Shown here: positions 39,305 through 53,026 of the stretch, piece by piece
Numbering within the stretch: position 1 is the stretch's first letter
Layout of the letters: every line of letters starts with the position of its first letter
NCBI GenBank assembly: GCA_051294375.1
Contig: CM119266.1
Span: forward strand, 12,211,432-12,268,419
DNA length: 56,988 nt
DNA from: Paraspadella gotoi
Taxonomy: Eukaryota > Animalia > Chaetognatha
Direction: 5' to 3'
Translations under genes and position numbers: made by a program
Notes under the pieces: model-generated
What the model was told of the DNA's origin: nothing
Databases searched by the model: none
What the model saw: the letters and a program-made list of their open reading frames with translations, nothing else

Positions 39305-42224
39305 GGATTATTCCGTGAAGATCTTTTATGCCTTCAATCAACTTAGTTCACCATGTGAACAGATTTTTATAAGGAGAAAATCAAGAGATTTCTTTTTATT
39401 TCCTTTATCGACAAAAGGGGGAAAAGGAGGAAAAGTGAAAGAAGGAGAAAACAAGAAAAACGGAGGGGAATTGAAAACAGTCTGGAAAGAACACCTTTTC
39501 TTTATGTTTGGCTCCAAAAAAAGGGGAACGGAAAAGAGAGAGAGAGAGAGAGAGAGAGAAGAGCGAGAGAAGATTAGCACGAGAAGACGAAGACTGATCA
39601 GAGCACATAGAGAGACGAGAGACGAAGAGGAGACGAGAGAAGTGAGAGACGCAGAGAGAGAGAGAGAGACGCAGCTGCGGGTCGAAATTGGGAAGTTGGA
39701 GATTTTGGATGACTTGGGCTTTCGAACTTATCACGAGAAATCAGCAGGACGTTTTATTCGGTCCTTAACACAATCGTTGTTAATTTTCTTTCACCATATA
39801 TCCACTATCTATCTTACTTTCTTTCTGTCTTTAATCCCTCTGTTTTACTGTCTTTCTCCTCGCTCTGCAATCATCGATCCGATTCGCCCTTTATACTCTT
39901 TAACAGTTAATCCTTATTAATCCTTTTTTCAGCGATCTCTGCATCGTTCAATGCATCGGCCTCGTGGTCATCGTCGTTGTCGTCGTCGTCGTCGTCGTCG
40001 TCGTCGTCTTCCACAATCCGTGTTCGCCGCTATCGAGAAACAGTAATCCTTCCTATTTTTTTTTCAGATTCCGGTTGCCGGGCAACTGTACCCGACTATT
40101 GTTGTTTCAGTCAGCGACTGAAAAAAGTGGAACAGTGGGGATTGGCGAGAATCGAGTTGACCTCTCGTCTCGAATCCGCGATCGAAAAAGAGAAGTCGAT
40201 CTGTGGGTCAAACTCTTTTTTTTTTTCGCTGTCGAAGTCGTTTAATTTATTCATGATGTCGCCGAGTCGATGGGCGATCGTCTCTCGTTATTTTTTCCTT
40301 TGTAAATTTTGTTCTCAAGCTCTTGTCGATAATTCGCATTGTTGAATGTTTGCGTTTTAGAATTTTGAGTTAATGAAGTTTATGAAGCACATTGATTAAG
40401 ATGATACTTTTTCTTGTGAACGTAAAAGTCGACGATATATCACGAGTTGTGAAGGCAATAAATAAAAGGTTACGCGATGCATGTATCGAAACTCCTTTGT
40501 AAGCTCTTTATTGTTTTTCTTAGTTATATTCATTGCACATAAGTTTTGTATCACTACTTCTAATTGCATTTAGTAAAATTCTACAATTTTCATTTACCGC
40601 GGCCGTTCACTTGTTCACAACCCCATCCATCTCGATGCGATGAAAAACACGCCGACGATTTTGACCGACGGAGTTGAATATTTACAGATTCGCTTCAAAG
40701 AAAAACATTTCGACAGAATCGAGTCAAACTTTGATAAAGAAATTAAAAGAGAATGAAAAAGATTAAAGAACAAAAAAAAAAACTCTCCCTGTTTATTATC
40801 TTCGATAGACTTTTCCAGCGGCCCACGCGATTTCCCAAATATTATTCCTTTCTCCTCTCGTAAATTGCTCCTTTGTCGGGTTCCGCATAGCGAGCTCCCC
40901 AATAAACATGTTTCCGCGAAGACAATTATACATTTCTTATTTTTTTTTTTTAAACGCGAATATGAGATCGTTACGTTAGGAACCAAGATAGCACGGATTA
41001 AAGTCCGCTTTTTGGTAACTGGAAGAGTTCGTTTGGAGTGCAATTATGTTCTATAAATAGATTTGAATGTAGTCGAAGCAACGGACTATATTTGATATCA
41101 AGGCAAGGCTGACGATATGAAATGTTAAAAGTCACCAAATCGCGATTATCCGCGATTAGCAATCGGAAAACCCTGTCCCTCGTTTGACAGCGATAAATAG
41201 CTGCTTCGGAATTAAATTATTTATTAGGATTCACCAACAAAAAAAAAATCAGAAAAAAAGAAAGGAATTTTTGTGTGAGACAGAAACAGGAAATAGAAAA
41301 TTGTCAATAAAAAAGCGTTAATGGAATTAATGGCGCAGTCGTTAAGCGTCTTCGGTTCCTGGTTGATAAGCCCGGTTTTCGATTCGCACCCTGTGAAAGA
41401 AAAACAGAAAGAAGGGGATAAAATAGAGAAACTCTCTTTCGATTTACAAAAAAAAAGGTCGTTGGGTCGAAGCTCAGTGAACCGAGACGGAAAACTTTTG
41501 ATTCTTGTTTACTGGCTCAGCGGGGAACTAAACAAATGAGCGAGCGACAGTGACAACAATCCCAGTTCTAACTTCACGAGGTAGAAGAGAGCTTCTTTTA
41601 TTGGCTGTCGCGTACCAGACTTGGTGCTTGTAAATTTTTTTAAGCTACTCCGTTCTTATGACAGTAAATCAAACGTGACATGTATCTCTGTCAAAGGTTA
41701 CATTGCTTTTGAAAATCAACACTTAATGTTAGCATTTGTTGACAAAACTTCTTGTTGTAAAAAAGATACGAATTTCCTTCTTTTTTAACCATTTAGAATT
41801 TTCTTTCTTCACCGAATTGACCGAGCCAGAATAACAATGAAAGTTCAGAACTCAGAACACGGAGTCAGCCAACAAAGGAGAATGAAAGTGACTGAAAGCC
41901 GAATGTATCCTATGAGATTGTTTTCCTTCATACGTTGTACTTCCGGTTGCTCCAGGCTATTTTTTTTCGGATATTTTAGATACCACAATATGTTTTTTAC
42001 GGCGCCAAATTCACCCCACATTTAAACATGACTCCTTCCCTTGTCACCCAGTGGTTCATTGAGTAACCTTTATCAGTTGATGCCCATTAGGTACCGGGAT
42101 CAATCCCCAATGGTACCGTAGAACTTGTGGGTGTAGAAACTCTTGAACCATGGTTCCAAGCCCAAGCCCCGATGTATTGCTACGGATAATTGACTTCCGC
42201 CCACTGAGGCCCCTTATTCACAAG

Positions 42225-43676
42225 TTATTTGATCCTTCGAGTGAATGCGGAAAACCGGACCCCTTTTCTATGGAGAGTGATATTACGACAATCCAACATA
42301 GCTCAATCTTGCAGCCTGCTCCTTCCAACCTGTTGTAAACTCGGATGGCGATGACTCCGAAGACGATGTCGGCAATCTCGATCCCTAAGCAGGCGAAGAC
42401 CAACTTCATGGTCGGCCGCCACATGACGCTGTCGTGATCGTCCGCGTTGACGAGTTGGAGACTCCAGGCGAGGAAGCCTCCGGTGAACACCGCCCCCGTC
42501 GCCCATACAACCTTGGAGTGGATGAGAAAAGTTAATTGATATCATTGCGGGTCAAAATGCGACTCTTGAAAAGTTATGTTTAATTCCTCTTATTTTCAAG
42601 AAAAAAGGTTACATGAAGTTAATATTTTAAATTTTTAATATTTTGTTTTTATGGACTCATATATTTCCTCTTATCACCTGCATGACTGTCCATAGGAAGG
42701 GATTTCTTGGAGCCTTCGACTCGCTGGATATACAGGTTCCCATGAAGACTGAAAATAAAAGACAACCGGATATGAACCTTTGGATACGGATATTTGCGTT
42801 ATAAAATTTTCTCCACCCATTACAGGCAGTTCGCCCCATGATTACCAAGATTAGATAAATTTATATATTAAAGATTGGGCTTGAATTATTTATGATTATT
42901 GATCTTGATCAAGATCAATAATCATAAATAATTTAAGGCTAATCTCTTACTCTATCTCTTTTGCTGCGCCAAAATCTCATTTGCATATTGTAGAAGTAAA
43001 AATTCGTTTCGGTACTCCTTAGATTCAGAAATATAAAAAAAATATCGCTAAAAAAATGAGCAATATGTCATTGTACTTGGAAAAAATGAAATGAGTAGTG
43101 TGGTTGTTGAATAAAAAAAAATTAGAAGGGGTTTTTTATTTTTTTTATTTTTTTTTTTTTTAATTAATTAATTAATTAATTAATTAAATGAGTTTCTTAT
43201 GAATTAGTTCATAACTTAAAAAAATAATAATAATACTTGGTAGATACAGTTCCATTTTTTTACCTTGTTATTGATGCCGTTACTAATTTTTTTATTCAAT
43301 TGTGTTAATATCGTTTTTGTTATTAATAAAAAAAAAAAAAAAACAATTACCGTGATTTTGTCAATACTGTTCTTGGTATTAAACAATTACCGTGGCACGA
43401 TGGTGCTAAATTTAAAAGGCGTTTGTTGCTTCACCAATGCGTGGCAACGTTTAAAATGACGAAGATATCGGGAGCATAATACTTATCCCTCGTAAGAACC
43501 TCACCCAAGAGCGAGTTGGCCAGGTTGACGTAGATGGCCGCTGAGCCAACTTCCGCCCATCGGGTCTTCGGCGTCGACAGCAGCAGATACTCGAAGGAGG
43601 CGGCGGCGACGACGGCGACGATGATGCCGAAAACTGACGCCCGAATGACCGACGACTTCGTGCCGAGCAGCACCAT
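42225..43676 (-). CDS. Small four-transmembrane protein, 4 coding exons, ~155 aa
   Basis: Exons 43676-43505, 42748-42678, 42511-42330, 42267-42225 are GT-AG with phases 1,0,2 (468 nt). Four hydrophobic segments: ASVFGIIVAVVAAASFEYLLL; AAIYVNLANSLLGVFMGTCI; FLWTVMQVVWATGAVFTGGFLAWSL; LVFACLGIEIADIVFGVIAI. An in-frame TAA upstream supports the ATG. The last exon is uncertain (read-through to 42218 is possible). Confidence 0.65.
42872..42945. repeat. Spacerless 74-bp palindrome (50-bp perfect core) in the first coding intron of the 4TM gene
   Basis: AATTATTTATGATTATTGATCTTGA|TCAAGATCAATAATCATAAATAATT (42884-42933) is a perfect palindrome. The outer 12 bp have 3 mismatches. Confidence 0.85.
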
Positions 43677-43992
43677 CCTCGACGCCGCAGACGACGACGA
43701 CGACGGCGCGTGGCGCCGGACCGCGAGGAAGACGGAGTCGCCGAGCGCGTGACAATCGGTGCGTGCTATGGCCGCTTGCAGCGCCAGGTTGGTGGGCTTG
43801 GCGCGGAGGGGGGTTTGTTATGGGTTTTCGAATCCCTGGGTGAGTAAAAGATATTGCCTTAGGTTTAAGTTTAACTTTTTTTTTTTTTTCTTAAAAAACC
43901 GTCCCACTTTTGATTGATTCGAATTATTCAACGGGAGTTAGGTAATTAAATCATTGTGTTATGGTGGACTAAAATCCACCAACCGTTCATCA

Positions 43993-44180
43993 GCGGCCAT
44001 TGGAGCTGGAGGCAAGTCATTCGCCTCCCCAACCCAAAGGTCCGGGGTTCTAGCCCGGTGGTCGCCTAGCAGTTAAGAGGGACGGGGCGCTTAACCCGCC
44101 TGTAACACGGTGTTACAGCCTGATCCGAAGCTCAGGGACTGCTTATATTGAACGGTTCTGTCACTAACACATAACAATAA
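43993..44180 (+). mobile_element. tRNA-derived SINE-like element (tRNA-like head 43993-44065)
   Basis: 73-nt unit with acceptor-type stem GCGGCCA/TGGTCGC, A-box-like TGGAGCTGGAGG, and T-arm CCGGG-GTTCTAG-CCCGG (B-box-like). The anticodon arm is broken. A GC-richer body follows with the hairpin CTGTAACAC-G-GTGTTACAG. The 3' end is approximate. Confidence 0.5.
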
Positions 44181-44587
44181 TTACTGTCTCTTCAGTGTCT
44201 TCACAAAAACGATACAGCATTTGCGCGGAAAACAAACTGATTATGAAGCCATTTTTAAGAATCGTGAAATATTTTTAAGCGGGAGCAAGTATTATTTCGT
44301 CTCACGCAACAAGAAAAAAAAATGAACAAGAAAAAAAAAACCATTGAGCGACGGAACAAAAGACTCGCGTCGTTCACAAACCTTAAGGCGATGAGTTCCC
44401 AACGACTTTTCAAAGACGAAAGAAAAAATCCGAAGTCGAGAGAAAAAGAAAGAAAAAAACTGAGGTTCGAGTGAGAGAGGGAATGAGAAAAAAATTATGG
44501 GACGGAGATCGAAAGAAACGCTCTCTCTCTCTCTCTTTCTCAAGCTTTTTCTCTCTCTTTCTCTCTCTCGCTCTACCTCTTTCTCTT

Positions 44588-44656
<69 letters not shown>

Positions 44657-44688
44657 TTCTTTCTTTCTTTCTTTCTTTCTTTTTTTTT

Positions 44689-44732
<44 letters not shown>

Positions 44733-44891
44733 TTTTTCTTTCTTTTCTTTGTTGTTTTCTAGTGATTGTTGATTCTATTCGAAAATATAAATAAAAACAA
44801 AGACGGCAACTATCTAAACTTTCTCCAAATCATGCCACACACTCCAATCCTAAACTATTGAAATCTGAAACCTATTAAACCCTGCAGTGTA

Positions 44892-44982
<91 letters not shown>

Positions 44983-46073
44983 TGAGCGTTGAAATAAAAT
45001 TCGGTGCCCATGAAATATCATCTACGGACGTACGTCTTTAATTAAGTCTAATAAATTTGAAATTTAGGTAGATTTAAAAAAATATCAGTTTCCAAAATTG
45101 GAAATTAAAGGATTCTATTATTTTTTTTTGGGGGGGGTGGATTTTCTCGTTGAGGATATCACAAACGGAACACATTGTCCTACTAAAAATCACACATAAA
45201 AATCATTCTAAAATTGAGAATTTTTTGTTATTATAAGTTTATAACATGCGTCGTACGGGTCCTATTGCCCTTTGAGTTTTACGGACAAATCTAAGAAACA
45301 AACATTGTTTTCTTTTTTAAAGGAAACCATGCTCCGATTCGAAGTCGATTGTTTTCAGAGAATCGAGATTGAAAAATCGTAAATTTCAATGAGAAAAACA
45401 AACTTTCACAATCGTGAGTCTCACACGCGAATTACGATCTCCGTTCGCTCGTTTTTCTCGACTCAAATTAACAAACCGTACATTGACTCCGAGCTTTTTC
45501 TCATTGTATCCAGGAGATGTTGATTTTTCCTGGAGTAAAAATAATTGAGAAAAGATACGGACGTAATACTCTTACTCACCCTTACAACCTTTACAAATTG
45601 AACAACTAGGCAATGATAGGTTTTATTTACATTTTACCACTTAATAACATTTTCCGTTCCTTGTTGGTGTCAGTTGATCAAGTTTTGTCTGATTTCATCG
45701 AGACAAAATCTTATCTAATAATTAATCAGAAAGTAATCTCTTCTTGTCGGGATTTGAGACATCGATTGATTAACAATTTTCGGTCAGTCGGTCTCTTGAT
45801 AATAAGAATAATGCAAAAATTAACAAATTACCCGATCGTTTTTATCCTAAGGATATATTTGGATCTGTGCAAATTCATTTTCACGAATTTAGTATGCTTT
45901 GACTAATTTTTGGCTTTAAACTAAATTCCTTTCTAACATCAGCTTAGAAATATTAATCAAGCTACATCTATTTATAATAGCTTATGTACATATCCGTTTT
46001 CGTAACGGTGAGATTTCGCCAGGTGAACGCCATAATTAATAAAATCTCAACGGCGATGACGTTTTGTTCGAGT

Positions 46074-46080
46074 ATAAAAG
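46074..46080 (+). promoter_or_regulatory. Candidate TATA box of the group-7 allergen-like gene
   Basis: TATAAAAG ~95 nt upstream of the ATG at 46170. Confidence 0.5.
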
Positions 46081-46169
46081 CCGACGGCGGTTTTCCGATT
46101 CCCCGCACTTCCTTTCCGAATTCGACTCCTGGCGGACGACCACCACAACTTTGTCTTCTTCAATTAAAA

Positions 46170-47515
46170 ATGAATTCGTTGGCTGTTCTTTTGTTGGTCG
46201 GGTTCTGCGCTGCGGCGAGCGCCCAACTCGTCGACGTCCATAATGGAAACGCGAATGAATACGCCGATGAGGTTTTTTTTTTAACATTATAGATTTTTTA
46301 AATAGTATAATTAAACAAGTATAATATTGTAAATATAAAATCGATTTCCAGATTCTAAAGAATCTTCGCATTCGCATCATCAACCAAGGACTGGACCCCC
46401 TCGTCCTGCCCGTCAAGTCTTACGAGTTCTCCAAGAAGGTGTTGCTCGTTGAGATCAGAGGCTCCGCCAAGATCTACGACGGATATCTCGGAGGACTGAG
46501 CACCATCAAGAGGCAATCAAGTTGATTGAGTGATAGAGAGAGAGAGAGAGACAGAAAGAAATTAGTCTAAAAAGTAAATTTCACTATTATCTAACTAATG
46601 AAATTATATTTATTCTAAAATCTATTCTTCCTTGTTAATCTAATTTATTCAATCTTCAGAACGGGATTGGCGTCGATGCAGACCAACGCCACTCACGTCA
46701 GAGTTCGCGCCACGATCGGCGTCAACGACTTGAAGGGAAGCTACAAGGCTTCCGCCAAGTTTATGAACATCGGACCAAAATTCGGAATCAGCCTCGAGGT
46801 GGATTCCATTGGAATCACCTTCGAAGTCGTTCAGGTAACGCGGACGGGCGGATTGGGGTCAGGTTGAGAAGTCGGTTCAAATCTATCGGCCGATTTTTTT
46901 TTTCTTTTGAGCTTTGTTTGTTTTGATTTGTTCATAATACTAGATAACTTTTTAACTATTTTTAACTATTTTTTTTTTATGTGTTCTAGTATAACAACTT
47001 TAAGTTCAATCAATTATCATCCGACTTTCCATCTCCCTGTCAATCTAAAATACTATTTCTTCGACTAATTATCAATCATCTTTCGCGTAATCATCAATCA
47101 TTTATCATTCCGTTTTACTTGGCTCCACAACCAGTAATCGTATCATGATATCCTTTCCTTCCTCAACCTCATCAAACCATCAGGCTCTCCAGCAAGGGTC
47201 TCGCCCGGTGCTTTTGAGCTTCGCCGTCGTCGACTTGGGTCACATCAACGCCCAAATCAACGGCGACATAAAGATCCTCGACTTCTTCATCAACAAGTTC
47301 AACAACTTCGTCATCAACATCGTCAAGAACGTCGTCGCCGACGTCCTCTCCATCCCGCTCAAGGTCAGGGGATGTTGGTGTTGTTGTTGTTTTGTTGTTG
47401 TAGTTGCATTTGGAGCTAGCGATGTGTATTTTCATTATTTTTATTCTTTTTGCAGAAATTGGTTCAAGATGTCCTCAACACTGTCGACCTGCCCGATCTT
47501 ACAGCATCGCGATGA
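46170..47515 (+). CDS. Secreted group 7 mite allergen-like (Der p 7 / TULIP lipid-binding fold) protein, 5 exons, 225 aa
   Basis: Exons 46170-46271, 46352-46512, 46660-46834, 47184-47363, 47456-47515 total 678 nt. Signal peptide MNSLAVLLLVGFCAAASA. Family-like motifs NANEYADEIL..L...I...GLDPL.LP, AKIYDGYLGGLSTIKRTG and IGVNDL...Y, plus a C-terminal amphipathic helix. AATAAA at ~47572. Intron 2 is GC-AG. Confidence 0.85.
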
Positions 47516-48952
47516 GCGGATAACAAAAGATTATCGTTTTTTATAACGTTAATTTTAAAAAAGTATGACGAAATAAAATAGAGTTTTAACTTAATAAAAC
47601 TTAGTAAAATGCTTTGCTCAAATGAAACAGTTGAAACTGGACAACCAAGTCGGTGAAATCTGAATATCAGATTGGCTCTAGAGTTTAGATTGTAAAGAAT
47701 CTACAATGACTATTATCATGATAAACCTCATAATTAAGCAAATATTTACAATGCATGAAAAACAAACGAGAAGAGAAAAACGCGTTCGTCAATGTTCCGT
47801 TTTAACGATCTCCCTACTTTGACGAGACCTTTTCCCCGCATCGCGAATATCTATACAAAGAGGAGAGAGAACGAGATTCGCTCGAACCCGTTTATGTTTA
47901 CATCAAGCCACGTGACTTAACTAAAGAGAAAAGTTACATCCTTGTAAATCTGTCGACGTCTTCGATCGAAGTTTCGGGTCTCGAGTCTTGAGTCTCGGAG
48001 TCTCGACCGCCCAGAATCGAAGCTTCGAATTCGCGCCTTGAGGGTAAATGTGGACTGTGGATCAAATATCGTTGTTGTGGTTCTTTCAATCGTAGTCAAT
48101 GGTCACCAGTTATCGATAATTCCAAGCCTGTTGTCGTAGGTGATGTCGATGGTGATCGTGAGAGCAATCATCGCCGATCGCTGAAGGGAAACTTCTCCTA
48201 GATTTAACATTTCGAGACGTCGAAGCTATTGTTAAAGCCTTCTAAAAATAGAATAATAAAGTCGCGGTGAAAGGGGCGAGGTTCACGGAAAACCATCACG
48301 ATCTCACGAAAAATCCGACGGTTCGACGCCCGAAGTAAAAAAAAAGCGTTTTAGGAGTTGAATTGATAACAGACGCCAGACGGGAGGGAGAGGCTCAACG
48401 TCGCCGTTTTACTTTTCATTTCGGAAAAAAAAATAATCTTTTTCTTTTGAAAAATAAGCAAATTTTAGGTTTTGATTATTTTTTATTCCCGCCCCAGAAT
48501 CGGGTTCTCTCTTCGGTGGTCCAAGTGACATACCTCTCGTCGCTCGAGCCGAGCCGAGACGTTTGTTTATTGTTTTATTTTGTTTATATAATTTAGCGTA
48601 AAAGAACTTTTTTTGAATTAAACTTTGAGACAAAATTGTCATAAATATTAAAAATAGGAAGAGGAACGAAAAACAAGTGTTATTAAAATTTTATGAAAAT
48701 TATTTTTTGTTTTGTTTTTCATTAAAAAAGCTATAAAGTATTCTTTATTTTCTATATCAATATCCGTCCATCTAATCGTACTCTCTAATCCCTTTCTTTC
48801 CGCCTATCCCTCGCTAACTCCCTCTGCTCGACCAACGCCAAATCACTCACGAATTTGTAAGCCTCGAGTTTTGTTTACCCAAAGCGTCGATCCCTTACTC
48901 CAATTTAATTCCGAGAGTTCGTCATGAATTTCTTCGCCAAAAACTGGAAGAA

Positions 48953-49011
<59 letters not shown>

Positions 49012-50029
49012 TCCTCACCTTTGATCGTTTCATCGTCACCTCGAATCCTTTCGATCACTTTTCCTCACCTCACTACCCTCACCTTTTTCACACCTCACCT
49101 CATCCAACGAAACTGGGAATTATTTTCGTCACCCGATTTCCGATCGAATTCATTTTTTTCGTCGAAGCGGAAGCGAAGACGATGACAGCGACGATGACGA
49201 AGAGAAAGACGATGACAAAAGTAAAGTGACAAAGCGAAAACAATGAGAGCGACGTTTACAAATTGGGGGTTGGTTTGGAAAGTCACAAGTGGTGACAGGA
49301 AAAAAACAATTTTTTATTAATATCATTATTAAAATCTATAGACAACCTCGAGGCAACAACAACAACAACAACGACAAAAGACGACTAATTGTTGCGTCAC
49401 TTTTGGCGGTCGTAACGCCTCTGCGCCTTACCTAAGCAATAAAAAAAAAAATCTTCATCTTCAAAAACTGGGAAGAAGTCCAACATCTTTTTTCTCCCCG
49501 TTTATATTTTCTTACTTCTGGCTTCTTTTTCTGAAGTCGAGTTCCAGTTTTCAACTTTTTCTTTTTTTTCTTTTCTTATCCTCGTTTTTCTTTTTCTCTT
49601 TTTCTATTTTCTTATCCTACGTCAGAATTTCGCGGCGCCAAAATTTTTTCTTAATTTAACAAAAGAAAAAAAAAAAGGATCAAATAATCCTGGTACGAGT
49701 TTTCCCCTTTTCGCCGCTTTTAATTTAAATTCTCTCCGCATTCTCTTCGGCGCTGGAGTCAACAAAAGAACAAGTCTGTTGGAAATAACGGTCTTTTGAA
49801 AATTTTTTTTACTGTTTTATGTATAACAAATTCATCGATAAATCATAGCTTTGGCCATAAGCAAATATAATTCATTTCTTTACAAAAGAACTTTACTAAT
49901 ACAACATCCTAAAATAATATTTTAGGCGATTTATTTGAAGGAGCCTCGTAAGAGCGTGAGATCACTTTCATCCAACACTCCAACCTCCTTCGCACGCGCG
50001 CCTTCCATCCGTCTCCCATCTGTCTCCCA

Positions 50030-50087
<58 letters not shown>

Positions 50088-50820
50088 CTAAAATCCGTTT
50101 CCGAGATTCGTGCGCATGTCGCGACCGCACTCCGCAGCGCATGAATGCAACTTTTGCGATATAAATAATCTTCGTTATCCTAATCGTCGCATGGCCTGAG
50201 GTCGTCTCCTTTTTTTTTCTGGACAATTCTCTCGTCGTCGTTGTCGTCATCGTCTTTTTTTTATTCCATTTTTCTGATTTCATTGTACGGATTTTGTTCC
50301 GCAACTGGAATTTTGTCGTGCGGCCGAACGCCGGGAATTTTTCTTTTTCTTTCTTTTTCTCTTTTAACGGAATAATATAATAAACGAAGGAGAATGAATG
50401 ACTCTCATTAACTAAACGAGGGACGATAATTCAAAGTGGATGGAATCGAATGACTCATAGATTCGTCATTTCTCGATGAGGCCAAAATGACGACTGGGTT
50501 TTTTTTTTTCATTTTCTCAAAATAAGCAAAAGGAAAAGAAAAACGTAAACATTTTACGGCGAAAAAGTGAAATAAATTACCGCCGTTTTTACCCTCGATT
50601 TCCCGCGAAGAAGCAACGAGTTTTACTTTTAATCGAAGCCGCTTGGTTTTTTTTTCCTTCTCGCTGATTGGACGTCACGCTTTCCCCGGCGTCGCGCCGT
50701 GTCCTTACAATATTAATTATATTAGCCTCGTTTAAACTTTGCTTAATTTAGATCTTAATTTGGGGTCTCCCTCGTCAAGGAGAGAGACTGTTCGAGACGT
50801 TTATCCTTGATATAATATAT

Positions 50821-50913
<93 letters not shown>

Positions 50914-51454
50914 TTTAGTCATCAACCGGTTTTTTTTTTGTATTAATTTCGTCAATTAATGATACCTTTTTTTTTTTTCTATTGACAACTTTTCTCACAC
51001 TTTTCCCCCGATCGAAATATAACCAAAGTCTACAAAAAAAGCAAAATGGATTTATTTTATATCTTACTTCTTCGTCCGCCAACTGTGTTTGTCCAGAGAC
51101 AATTTCTGCGCGTTTTTTTAATTGCGTCGTAAATTAAAAGCACAAAGACGGGTAAATAAAGACGACGACGACGACGACGACGACGACGAAGACGACAACG
51201 ACGACAACGACGACGAAGACGAAACCGACTTAGTCGTGATCTCTGAGTCATCAACTTCATTTCCATTTTCGACCGTTTACATTGTACGTCCTTCATTGTA
51301 ATACTCGTCACCGACTTACCTGGTCCTGTTTATTGGGTATCATGTTTAATACATTTATTTACATATCTGTCTGCGCTGACGACGACGATAACAACGACGA
51401 CGAGGACGACGACGCACCTTTCAGTCCTCTCTCTTCTCTCTCTCTCTTCTCTCT

Positions 51455-51506
<52 letters not shown>

Positions 51507-52790
51507 TTTCACCCTGTTTGCTGTCTCACAAACAGTTTTCTATTTTTTTCAGGATTCGATCTATAATTCTTCCATCGTTCTGCCAAGTCCCTCTTCCTCC
51601 TCCCCCCCTCTCTCCCCCCCTCTTCTTCCTTATCTATTCTTAGTTTATTTTTCAATCTCCCGTCTCTCCTGTTTACCGCGGTCGCCATCGTTCAGTTTCC
51701 ATTCGCGAAACGAAGAAAGATTCTTAATCCTTTTCTTTTTTTTTCTTAAGATCCTCCTTTCTATTTTTCTTCCTTTTTTTTTCTTTTTATCAAATTCTAA
51801 AGTCTTTGTTATCGCGACATTTACTTTGCGGTATGAATCTATTCTTTATTCTAGTGTTATATTGGCATACTTTCTTTTCATCATTGTACAGCGCTTATTT
51901 TGCTAAAACGTTTTCTTTTCACACCCATTAATAATCCAATCATCTCGACGTATCCCTTTACCTCTTATTCTTTTATTTCCATTTAATCCCTTACCTTTCA
52001 TCCCACCACGAGTGCTAACCCTTTCCATGCTCCTCCTTTAACCCGCCAAAGCGCCACAATCTGACCCAACTAGTTGTCTTCACAAGATCGCTCGTTCGTG
52101 ACCGAGTGAGAAGCCTTGAGTTCGGTGTCGGGTCATAACCGTTCATTAAAGAAAACATTTCTATTAAGAGACAAAGGAAATCCATTCACTATTGGTCTTT
52201 CTGTTGGAAACCCCTGGAAAGATTCTGTCGTAAGAAGCTCGTTATTGTGAAAAAGCGATTTAATGAAAATAAATGTCACGCGAAAATAATTACAGGAATA
52301 AATCTTAAAATCACGTTTGATTTTGTTAAAATTGAAATTTCTGGCGCTTTCTAAACGCTTAAAGTCTTTAACTACGTCGGTACGTCACCTCCTGAACTCT
52401 GTTTGACAGTGCAACGATCAAAATTGTCATAAGAAAAAACAATTTAATCTATCACTTGTTTCCACCGAGTTTCTTGTTGCATACCTTGGATTTGGACTGT
52501 TCTCAAATATTTATTTATTTAGGATAAAAGTCAAGAAATTGCGATCATTGTAAGACCAAAAGCTATGAATTCGCGACTTGCCAATCACAACAGCCATCAC
52601 AACCATCAAGTTCACGCTCGATGTGTTATCAATTATCTCTCTTTCACGTGAACATAAAGATCGCGTCTCGATCTCGCGTCGCTCAGACGATCTCTCCCCT
52701 TATCGATCTCAGAGCCTCGACTTGCTTTTTCCCGTCAATCGCTTATCATCTCGGTCTCTCTCTCCCTCTCTCTCTCTTCTCTCTCTCTCT

Positions 52791-52848
<58 letters not shown>

Positions 52849-52962
52849 ACATATCACACGCGCGCTTCTTCATCTTATATATTCTTCATTTCTTTTCCAT
52901 GTCATTATAAACGCAAAACTCCGACCCAAATTTTAATTCCGTCAAATGTTCAAAAACATTTC

Positions 52963-53026
<64 letters not shown>

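Noticed and set aside
39964-40345. ORFs after a (GTC)n tract with nearby acceptor-like sites
   Set aside because: No ATG start, recognisable domain or consistent exon chain.
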